From positions 1-36,314 of the forward strand of contig RBNJ01000224.1 of the NCBI GenBank assembly GCA_003990765.1: a stretch of DNA of 36,314 nt, read 5' to 3'. This document shows, in pieces, positions 1-10,575 of the stretch (positions within the stretch are counted from its first letter, which is position 1; each line of letters opens with the position of its first letter). Source of the DNA: Jimgerdemannia flammicorona. Taxonomy: Eukaryota. The translations under genes and the position numbers were made by a program. The notes under the pieces are model-generated. The model ran no database searches. It was not told where the DNA came from and saw nothing but the letters and a program-made list of their open reading frames with translations.

Positions 1-66
1 TTTTATAGTCCCTTGGACTCCGTCTTTATTACCAGTCTATGAATAAGTATACAATATCACCACCCA

Positions 67-3000
67 CTATCCGATCCCCATTGGGGGGCCCCACCCTACC
101 TTGTCATGTATAAAGACTACCCTCTCACCAACAACTCCAACTCTCCCACCACTCTGACCACAGATTTTCACCACCAAGCGGTGCCTCTGCCCCCCCTGCA
201 GCCCCCAACCAAGCCACCAGCCTGTCAAGATATCCTCCATAAGGAACTGCCACCTTGCTAACCGGCTTCCCAAGCTCTGTCGCTTCTCCTCCTCAAATAC
301 AAATAGCCAGTGGCCGGCCAGCCCAACCCAAATAGCCAATACCCAGCCTAGAGTAATCCACTCTTCCCCAACCCCTCCTATCAATCGATCCCTCAGGTCC
401 TCCCACCTCTCCCGTATATCATCACCCCTACACCTTACCCCCAAGCAGTCTCCAACTGCCTGCCAAAAGTCTCCCAACACCTCACACTCCCCTAGCCAAT
501 GTTCCGGCATCTGTATCAATCCCCCTTCCTGCCCTACATTATGGCACTCCTCGCAGTCAAAGCAGCCCCCTACAACAAGGTGTCCTGAGTGGAAGTTAAG
601 CATTACATTCCTCCTCAGTACATGCCACCAGACTACTCAGTACTTCGGCGGCATCCAATTTTTCACTGTGGCACTCCAGGTCCAAACCCCATGCCAGTCC
701 CACTCCTCACCAATTCCAACTCCTTGCCAACTACTAGGCCACAGATCCTGGCCTGGACCCCTTTGGCATTCAATTCCATCACTAATGTTGAACTCCAGTA
801 AAGGCATGCCTCCCAGAAGAATGCTATCCCATCTTCACATCACCGGGTCCCAAGCCCTCTCCCCCTCATCCCCTTACCAGCAAATACCAATGTGGTGTGC
901 CCCCTCAGCTATCCCCCACCAGAAGCCTTTATATCTCAGTTGCATAGTATTCTGAAGCCCAACTAATGAAAGAAGATCACTAGTCAAGCCTCTAGGTGAT
1001 GTCCGCCTCTCCCATATCTTCTGCAGTAGGGAGACCCAGCCCCCTCCATGCAACTCCACCGCCCTCCTCAGCCACCAAACCCTCAAGCAGTGTAGTCTTT
1101 TGGGGAAGTCCACCAGCCCAAGACCACCTCTCATCACCGGTAGGGACAAAGTCTCCCAACCAATCTGACTCTGTCTGCCAGCCCAAATCCATCCCTTGGC
1201 CACCTTCACCAATCTCTTCACTACCCAGGCTGAGAAGTCCAGATGATAGGCCAAATACCACAGCTTCGGCAGCCAGTATACATTCAAAATCGAGATCCTT
1301 CTTGCCAGAGAGAAGTGTCTACCCCCCCAACCCCACAGGTCCTCCTCCCAAATTCCAATCCTCTGCTCCTACCACAGCCTGGGCAAAACAGACCCATAGA
1401 CTGACAAATAGATACCCAAGTACTGCACTGCCTCTCTGGTGGGGACAATTGTTCCAATAACTTCTCCGCCCACCAAGCTATTGCCCAGCACCATTGTTTC
1501 ACACTTGTGCCAATTCAGCTTTGCCCCAGAGTTCTCCTCATACTACTCCACTGTCTTCTGGAGCTCCTCGACATCCGCAGTCACTCCCAAACCAACCACC
1601 ATGTCGTCTGCAAAGGCTCCAACCTTCCAGCCAATGCCATAGATAGAGAGCCCCATGATCTTCCACTGAATTCTGTCCATTAGAGGTTCCAAGGAAAGAG
1701 CATACAAAATGGGGGACAGTGGGTCTCCCTGGGGTACTCCCCTACCCAGAGGGAAAGCCACCCCTCGATGCCCATTGCACATGAGTGCAGCCCTACTCCT
1801 TTCCAGTAGGCTGACCATTGCCGACCGAAATGGGCCTAGAACTCCAATTCTATCTAATACTTTCGCCAGTCAGACTCGCCACACCCGGTCATAAGCCTTC
1901 TCCTGATCTAAGAAGACAAGACACCCATCTAGACCACAGGCTCAAGCACCTTCAATAACTCCATGTACCCAGGCTGTGCCATCTCTAATAAGCCAACCCC
2001 CTATGAAGCCCCTCTGCTCAATACCCACAATTTGCTGGGCTACCTTCTGTAGCCTTGCGACCACCACCTTAGTCACCAACTTCCTGTCCATATCTAGCAA
2101 CATTATCAGCCGCCAGTTCTTCCAATCCTCTCGCCTTCCCTTGTTCTTATAAAGCAGCATTACCAGCCCAAGGTCTTGCTCCCCCACCCATCTCCCTGAC
2201 TGTAATATAGAGTCACACAGTGCTGTCAACTCCCCCAATATGCCCAGGACTCCAACCATTTGCTTCCAGAAATCCCAGGGGAGGCCATCCTCTCCAGGCG
2301 CCATACCCAAGGCTGTCGTGGCAAGAACCTGGTGGATCTTGTCCTCCTTTACAGGTATCACCAGGTCACCTAGTCCCTCAGCTTGTAGTGGGTGCCAATC
2401 TTCTAATGTTTGGTCAATGGCTGTAGCATCCACCCCACCCTCCTCCTCACTCCACAATCCACTCTATCGTGCCTTCAGCATTCCAAGGATGTCCTGTACA
2501 CCATGCACTAGTACATCATCTGAGCCAAGTACCCCTTCTCACCACTGCTGTACCCTTCTCGCTCAAAGTGTCCTTGTGAGAAACTTGGAAGGCCTCTCCC
2601 CTTCCTCCAGCCCCTGTCAATGAAGCCATGCCACCAGGCCTTGCACCCTTGACTCTTCCTCTTCCCGTAGCACCTATTGCAGTTCCCCAACCTCTATCCT
2701 CACCCTTGTTATTCTCCAATTCTCTTCTCCCTCCACTGCCGCCAGTCTCGCCCACTCCTCCAGGAGCCTAGCCAATCTAGTAGAAGCCCAATACACTTTC
2801 TGCCTTCGCTGCTTCCCAGCCACTCTGCCAGCCTCACTCCAATACATCCTGGCCATCTCTTTCATCCTCATCCACTGAACCCCAATCGCAGCCCCTTCCT
2901 GCTGCCAATTCGCCACCTTCAGCTGAATGTCTTTCGCCCACTCCTCCCACTGGGCCTCATCATCCAATAAGGAGGAATTTAGGTGCCAATGTCCAGGCCC

Positions 3001-3723
3001 ATCTCTACTTTCCCCAAAACACCCCTGTCCCAAGAGGCCCCAGTGATCTGACCATGGACACCATTCTACCTCTATCATCTTCCAAACATCGCAGCCCCAA
3101 CAGTCGGCTGTCAGAATCCAGTCAATCCTTGTCCCCAGACCACCAGCCCAATACATATATACCCTCCTGTCCCCCCAGTGCTCCCTACCAGCATCCACCA
3201 GTACTCCTAGCCTTTCAACCTCCTCCCATATCACTAACCCCCCACTCCTGCTCTCCGCACCCCATTCTCCATCAGTTCTATCCAGCCGTACATCCCGAAC
3301 CATATTGAAATCTCCTCCAAGCATATCCAACCCAGCTTCAGCAAGGATCCCACTCTCCAGGAGCCCTTTCACTCAATCCACATGCTCCCCCCATACAGCA
3401 GGGCAGTAACAGGAGCCAACAGTGACTAGCTCCCAACCTGCATGAATCCACTCACCCCAGACCAGTCTCTCCCCCCAGCTCCTCACATCCTTTATCTCCC
3501 CTCTGCCTTTCCGAACCAGAATCCCAACCTTGCTATTCCAAGTTGCCATACCACCTCATTCCTTAGTCCATTTCATCCTATTAGCATCATCCTCACACCT
3601 GACATCCTGCAAGAGGAAGAGATTGGCCTCCAATCCCTTCAACCAAATAAAAATGTTCCTGCATCGAACCGCACCCCTCAGCCCATTCATGTTCAAAGAA
3701 AAAATATTGGTTGTACTGTTCAT
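67..3723 (-). pseudogene. LINE ORF2 (APE endonuclease, reverse transcriptase, C-terminal Cys/His domain), disrupted by stops and frameshifts
   Basis: APE motifs SLNMNGL, FLLQDVR, GGDFN, RIDWIL and SDH. RT motifs APGEDGLP, WRLIMLLDMDRK, QRGF, DQEKAYDRV, GVPQGDPLSPILY, AFADDMVV and YLGI. C-terminal CFDCEECH...HWLGEC. Confidence 0.95.
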
Positions 3724-3753
3724 AGTAAAATACGGTTTGTTCTCAATCAATTC

Positions 3754-5772
3754 CTACTGCTCCATGCCCCTCTCCTCCTGCGCTGTGTCCAGATTATGTT
3801 CAGCTATCACCTCCTCCTCTTCAGCCCTCTGAGCCTCCAGTCCAGCCAACAGCTCATTCATCTCCTCATCAGCCTTCTCCTCAAACTCTTCTCGGTACTC
3901 GATGCAAGCCTTCTGCCAAAGCTGCAACCTATGATGCCTGTTCCAACAGTACTCAGCCTTCTCCCCAGCAACCACCGCCAACTCTGCCTCCCTCTCCTTA
4001 TCTACCTCATACCCTTCCTCCTCTAGATACACTGCGAGAATTTCCGCCTTCAGTGCCATCACCACTCCTTCCCCCTGTAAAATTCTTGTCCAGTGCTCGT
4101 CACCTATCCCATGCAAGTCCACCTCCCCCAGCTCTTCTGCCGCCAGGTTATTCATCATCTGGCACATCCAAAGTAGGTTCCCCACCTCCTTTCTATCAGG
4201 GGTCGCCGGCCTCCCTCCATCCAGTATCGTGGTGTCAGCTCCCACACTCACGTCCTCATCCCACACCTCCAGGACATCCACCAGTTCCTCCTCCCCTGCC
4301 GCCACTACTCGGTCCCCATCCAATACCTCCAGAATGCTAAATTTCACCTGCTGGGTCCCCAGCATCGTCATATCCTCCCCAGACTTGTTCCTGGAACTGA
4401 TAAGAGGGGAAGGGGTGGGGGAATTCTCCCAGACTTCATCCCAAACCTCCAAGGTGCTGTCAGCATATAGGTCACTAATCTTTGCCTCCTTAGCCTTCCC
4501 TGACTTTGCCCCATCATTTCCACTCCTCTCCCCAGCCCAGACACTTGCTCCGGCCCCTTCTGCACCCGTCTTTATGCTCGCATTCTTCTGTGGTCCACCC
4601 CCCAGCTTAGCCAGCAGATCCTTCTACCTCTTCCGCCCCTGAGCCCTTTCCCACTGCACCTTGTCCACTCGAATCCTCTTTCCATCCACCACCTCCAGGA
4701 GCATCAACTCCTTGAAAGTCTTCCAGGCCTTAGCTTGCCATTCCACAGCCCCATCCAGCTCCTCCAGCGCTTCCAATAAATCTTCCTCCTCTTCTTCACT
4801 TCCTTTCACCCACATCACCTTGCACAGGAAAGCCCCCCAGACCAACACCGAAGGCCAGTCCCTCATCTTCTCAGTAGCCTCTTTCCCAGCCAGCCGAATC
4901 CTCACATCCATATCCCCAGTCCTGAGCGTGGTCCCTTCCCAGACCCTGAATCCGATATCCACCACCTCTCCATACTCTGCCATGACATCCTCCACTCTCT
5001 TCCTCATCTCCATTGCTGTCACCATGGGTACTCCTTTCACCAGCAGTTGGACTACCCTCGGATCCCATTTCAAACACCTCGCCATCGGAACGTACACCTT
5101 CCCAACCACTAATCCAACCTTCAGCACCTCCTCCAGTGGTTCCACCTCCTCAAATTCCACCTCCACCCCCTCTAGTCCCTTCAGAAACTTCACCGAAGCC
5201 GCTCCCGCCACCTGCTTAGCGATAAGCCCCAACACCATTTTTGCCGTCACTGCTAAGCCCCGGAAGCACAGCATGACTGTGAATGCCAAGATCGACTTCT
5301 TGAGTAACGGGGCCACTGTCAGTCCCATTACACCATCCGCCAAGTCCCCGGGCCTCATGCCCTTCCCACAGCTCGGCTTACCATCAGCAGTCCCATCTAG
5401 ATTTTTTTCCAGATCACCCGTCACACCCCCATCAGCAGTCCCTGCCCCAGCCACTACCCCCCCAGCTCCACTCCTATGGCCCTCTAGAGAGATACCCCAA
5501 AGAGGTTGCTGCCTGGAAGCTGTCACTGGTACCTTCCCCCCTCTCAGCCAGCTCTCCAGTCCTGCTCCCTGCTGACCCCCCTTCACCTTCTCCGCAAAGC
5601 TCACCCTGCCAGACCCTTGACCTCTAGCTCCGCCCCCTCTTCCACTGCGGTCCCCCGCCAGCAGGCCCCTCATACTTCCCCCCAAGCCGGGGCCTCTCCC
5701 TACTTGCTGCCATTTAAATGCTCCAGGGTCACCCTGCCCAGTACATACCTCCGGATGCTCGTTGGTCACCAT
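3754..5772 (-). pseudogene. LINE ORF1 (Tx1-type RRM-like domain plus acidic C-terminal region), frameshifted
   Basis: ORFs 4624..5772 and 3754..4452 lie directly upstream of ORF2. The segment LLVKGVP...YGEVVDIG...LRTGDMDVRIRL...PSVL resembles Tx1-clade ORF1. It is homologous to 20266-22260. Confidence 0.8.
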
Positions 5773-5859
5773 GACACTAGTAGCTTTTCTCCAGAAACTG
5801 TGTCAAAAGTATTACCAAAGGGTTGTGTAACCTGAATGTTACCAGAGAAAGATGTTGGT

Positions 5860-8800
5860 CGAGGTTGCCTTGTCTATCATTCTATCTTTAGCTGCCCTCA
5901 GATCTAATTTCAACTCAGCTACCTTCTTGGCCAACTGATAGCATTACTCTCCTGATATTTTCTTTCCTTCCAACAGCCTCAGCTGCTATTGGAGTCTCTG
6001 CTTCACTCTTCTCTCTCTATCCTTCTACTCTCTCCTAGCTACCTCCCCAATATCACATCAGTAAGCATCTGTCAAATGTTTAAATTTACTCCACCACTGC
6101 TCTATTAGCTATCCACTATTCTTCTACCACAATACTTCTTGCCTTACAATTGCTATAAATTGTTCTCACTCTATCTGCCTTTTGAGTAGAGCTACATTAA
6201 GTCTCCAGTAATCTCTATCTCTACCTATCACCTAAAATCTCCCCTGCACCTCAACTCCTCAGTGGTCTGACCAGAGATACCACCATATCCCCACTGAATT
6301 CAGTATATTACCCCAATATTCTGCTCTCAGGATCCAATCAATCCTTATTCCCACCAAGTTCTCTCTAACCGAGTACTACCTAGTAAAGAGCCCTGGTCTC
6401 TCCCCTTGACATTACTATATCCCATCAACTAATCCTATATCCCACTCAACCTAAAGCCATTATGAGAGTCTAGCTGACACAGCCACACCCACTCCATCAT
6501 TAGATCTATCTAGTATCCTGTTATATACCATATTGAAATTCCTCCTCAGAATGTCTAGCCCAATCCCTTCTCAGCCTCCCAAAGTCAGCCAGCCCTCCAT
6601 CTATTGGTTTCACTCTCTGCCAACTGCTGGCAAGTAAGCAGAGCCTATAATAAGCCCATTGCCAGCTCCTTCTTTTAATCTTCCTCAAACCAATCAATTA
6701 TTATAAGCTGCAATCTCCACCAGCTCACCTCTCTCTAAACCAATCAAGATCCCTGCCTTCTCATTTCACCCTATACTGCCATACTATTCTTTGCTCTATT
6801 CTATATAATCTTGCTCACCATAGGCTCAAATATCCTAAAAAAAATACCACATTATACCTTCTGACCTTTAGCTAATGAAATAGATATCTTCACTTTATAC
6901 TATCATATAGACTATTGATATTTAGCATAGATTGTTCATCATCATAGAGAAGAATGTTTAAAGCTCCACTGGAATTGCCACTATCTTTTCAGCCCAACTA
7001 AGGATTATTTTCTTTCATTTTTTACAGATGGCTCTCTAGATATAGGTACCATTCATACTGCTACAGAAGATATCTACTCTCTCAGATACTACTTTCCTAA
7101 TATCAGTTATCTGGGTCTCATCTACCTCATATCCTTCATTATCCAGAAGTGCACTACCATTGCTATCACTAGTTTTGGCCCCTGTAATGCAATATTGAGG
7201 AATCCTTCCCAAGCCTCCTGAGATCTATTGAACATATCTACTTCCTTGATATCTTTCTCTGCTAGCTCCTCAAGTACTGCCTGATACTAATAATCTGCAG
7301 TAATCACTAGAGGTCTAGAGGTAGTAGGCCTTGGGGTCCTACTCAGCTCCTATAGTATCTTTCTGTCTATCAATATATCAGAGGCTATGTCCACTAGATC
7401 ATCCTTCTCAGCATTTTTCTCTAGCTATACTATCTCACCTATCTCTAGATATTCTCAATGAACATTTGCTACTCTTGCCATGCAAACATCCTTCAACTAG
7501 ATCTCAGGTACTATCTCAATAATGTCCTCAAAGCTCCCTTTATCTATCTCCTCCTTATCAGCCCACTTCCCCTCACTGGTGCATGAGCAGAGTTCTCTAC
7601 ACTCTCTAGTTATAAAAAGGATACCTCAGCTGTCTCTATCTCCTCCATCTGACTATTGGTCATTTCTATCTATACTTCTTCCTCCATTTTCACACCCTAG
7701 AGGACTGTCTGCAGGTGCTTCCAGTTCACCTTCTACCACCTCTTCCTTCTCTCATTGGTCAGAATCCAGATCCAGTCCTTGGCAAACTCCTCTTATCTCC
7801 TCTTATGCAGTTCCTTTGTAGCCTCTCTCTCCTCTAGAGCAAGTAGCAATTCCTCCTCCTCTAATTCAGATCCTTTTCTTCTCCACACCTTGTACTCCTG
7901 TCCTCTAACATGAATCACCTCTGGCCAGTCCCTTCCTAGCCCTGTGGCCTCTTTGCCCTCCAGCCTCACCATGATCTCACAGTTGCCATTCTTTAGCTTA
8001 GTCCCCTTCTAGAATATAAATCCAAAGTCAACCATCTTGCCAAAGCCTGCCAGTATCTCTACTACTATCCCCTTCATCTCCTGTCTCCCAAGAGTTGGTA
8101 GCCCTTCTACCACCAGACATACTGCATGTAGATTCTACCTCAGATATCTCATCATTTCAATCTTGACACTCTTAACTACTAACTCTTTCTCCAGGGCCTT
8201 TACTATCTCCTCCTCCTCCACAAAGCTAATCTCCACTGTCTCTGCTGACAGAATAAACTTTAGGGACTCTGCACTAGCCATCTCCTCTCCCACTAGCTGT
8301 AAAACCTCCCTGGCAGACAAACTCAGTCTCAGAAAATTTGCCAAGATTACTCATATTGATACTGATTTGTAGAAAAAAGGACATACCACTAGTTCTTCAG
8401 AGCCAGCTACTATTGTCACCTTCCTCTTACTTCCTGAGATACTGGTAGTCACCCCACCAGCTCCAGGAAGCTTACTAGTAGATTTACTCCCAGCTACTAG
8501 CCCAGCCACTGGCCCAGCCTCAGGAATACCAGTCCCAGCTATCCCACCTCCAGACCCCTGACTCCTGGCAGTCACCTGACCTGCCATCTGACCAGTTACC
8601 TAACTCCCCCCCTGTTAATACTATGTCTCCTCTACTTTATTCTCATAGGCCTAGTAGTAGTCCTCCTGTCCCTCATTACTATATACCAGCTCTCAATATC
8701 AGCTGACTACTACTGACACCTGTCCCTCTAGTAGCAAAACTTTTAAAGAGGCTCAGACCAGGTCTCCTCCTCTCTAAGCACTCAGAGCTTGATGAGCTTA

Positions 8801-8980
8801 GGTCACCATTTGATGAAAACTTAATAGATTCAGATGAATCTTGCTATAAATTGTTACCAGACTTCTACTGCATCTAGTACATCAGTATAGATGAAGTGAA
8901 AACTTAAAAACATATTGCTTTTTATAAAAAGATGTCTGTGTGACTTAGCTCACTCTAAGTAGTTTAAGCAAAAGAAGTTC
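5860..8980 (-). mobile_element. Older related LINE (copy 2), 5' portion only (ORF1 plus APE domain), heavily mutated
   Basis: ORF1 start context GGTCACCAT at 8801-8809 matches copy 1. ORF1-like segment at 7850-8420 (EISFVEEEE..ALEKELVV). APE remnants LNINSL (~6920), NFN (~6540) and WSDH (~6265). It breaks off at ~5860 where copy 1 begins. The 5' boundary is approximate. Confidence 0.8.
7012..7200 (+). pseudogene. RNase H domain fragment from a different retroelement, antisense within LINE copy 2
   Basis: Translates LSFFTDGSLDIGT (7012-7050), followed by an eroded PSxSRS..L..LVLAP helix motif typical of RNase HI in non-LTR elements. Confidence 0.5.
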
Positions 8981-8983
8981 TAC

Positions 8984-9953
8984 TAATAGATATATTACTT
9001 ATAATCCTGATCTAGTAGTAGTTGATAAAATTATCCAAATTAATAATAAAGAAAACTGATCAAGGCTTTGTAAGAATTATTTTACTAAAAGTTCTCAATA
9101 AGGATATATTTGCTTATATTCAATATTATGATGATTGATTTAAATATTATAATGAAATAAATAATACTAAAAATGATATTTTCTCTACTTAATAAGATTT
9201 AAATTCAGAGAAAAGTAAGAAAATTGTTGAAAAATAATTAGAAGAGGATAAGATAAAAAAAAAACCATTTAGAGAAGACCAAAGAAAAGAGTTTAGAAAT
9301 TGTTATAATTTTCATAGTATTTCTCTTAAATATATGGTAAAAAGTATTATTAAATAAACTGCAAAAGTTAAAATTGAATATGAAAGTTTTAAGAAAACTA
9401 TTAAGGAACTTTTATTAGATTATTCTGAATTAACAGATGAGGATATAGAAAATAAAAAAGTTTATTAATTAGAAGGAGAACTATAAGAATTATTAGAAAA
9501 AATCAAAAATAGTAAATTAGATAAACTCAATAAGGTTGTATAAGAATTATCAAGAAATGGGAAGTAGATACCAAAACTCACTTTATCTCTTTTACTGAAA
9601 TTAGTAAGAAATGGAATGATAAAAAAGAAGTATCTTTAAAAGAAAAAATTAGAGATAATTTAGAAATCATTTAGTAAAATTATATTATGATTGAAAATCA
9701 AGAAAGAGAAATTTAAAAATTATGAGAGAAAGTAAGAGATAATGCAGAATTATTGAAAAAAGTAAGAGAAATAATTCAAATATAAGAAATACTGCTTAAT
9801 TTACCCAATAAGCCCTTGCCTTCTTTATCTAAAAAGCAAAATAGATTTCAATACTTAAGAATAGAAATAAAAGTTAAGGCTCAGAAATTAGTAGAAAAAA
9901 TTAAGTCTCAAACTTAAGAAATAGTTGCTTAGATAGAAGTTAAGACTAAGTAG
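8984..9953 (+). pseudogene. Cargo gene 1, copy A (5'-truncated): Lys/Glu-rich coiled-coil protein resembling MRE endobacterial hypothetical proteins
   Basis: Reads as one largely continuous frame with repairable stops, ending LPNKPLPSLSKKQNRFQ...KSQT*EIVA*IEVKTK-stop (9951-9953). Homologous to 31200-32337. Confidence 0.65.
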
Positions 9954-9954
9954 T

Positions 9955-10545
9955 ATGAAAGAACTACTTTATACTGTTTTAGAATTAGAGAAATAAGATA
10001 AAGGCACAACTTGTAACTTTTGCTCTAATTTTAATAAGAGAAATAAAGTAGTTTGTCAAATCAGAACTTAGAGCAAAGTAAGTTATAGAATAGTTAGTAA
10101 TACTTATACTTGTGAAGAGTATGAGAAAAAATTTAAAAATGATAAACTATCTAAATGTGAGAAATATTGACAATTAAAGACTAGAATAAGTTTTTACTAT
10201 AGTTGTTCTAACAGTAATAAAAGAGAACTTCTGGTCTTATCTCATAAAGAAAGAGCATCTACTAGATATGAATGATAAATAAATACCTTATAAGAATAAT
10301 TAAACAATACTGAATAAACAATAGCCAAAGAAAGAGAAACCTATAATAATTTTATAGAAAAATCTGAAGAGTAAAGTAAAAAACAGAAGCAAGAATTATT
10401 AGATAAAATTAAAGAATTAGAGACAGAAGTAGAAAGATTAAAAAAATTAACTCTCAAAGAACTAATAAGGGAAATTAATGAATTAAAAGCCCAATTAAAG
10501 AAACAAAATAGCTGATTCATAACTTAAATAGAGGTCAAAAAGTAA
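9955..10545 (+). pseudogene. Cargo gene 2, copy A: N-terminal Cys-rich (zinc-ribbon-like) region plus C-terminal coiled coil, MRE-like
   Basis: ATG at 9955, one base after the gene 1 stop. MKELLYTVLELE..TCNFCSNF..VCQIRT..TCEE..KCEK...KQKQELLDKIKELETEVERLKKLT...FIT*IEVKK-stop. Single frame, no introns needed. Confidence 0.7.
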
Positions 10546-10575
10546 CTTTGATTAAAAGTAAAAAAGTAAATATTT

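Larger units (their letters stand above)
1..5855 (-). mobile_element. Full-length non-LTR retrotransposon (LINE, Tx1/L1-like clade), copy 1, degenerate
   Basis: ORF1 and ORF2 remnants on the minus strand. The 3' end reads AATAAAGACGGAGTCC..CTATAAAA at the window start and matches the 3' end of the copy ending at 26035. The 5' end (~5855) aligns with the 5' end of that copy (~20183). It retains more CpG than neighbouring elements. Confidence 0.93.

Noticed and set aside
589..5835. Many Ser/Pro-rich plus-strand ORFs (e.g. 4661..5575, 3442..4026)
   Set aside because: They are antisense shadows of the G-rich LINE coding strand.
8984..10545. Bacterial contamination or chimeric assembly
   Set aside because: The cargo shows the same CpG loss and C>T decay as the nuclear TEs, occurs twice with a eukaryote-type transposase, and copy B is interrupted by a poly(A) retroposon with a TSD.
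10546..10575. Rho-independent terminator between the cargo and transposase stops
   Set aside because: There is only a weak AT-rich stem, poorly conserved in copy B.
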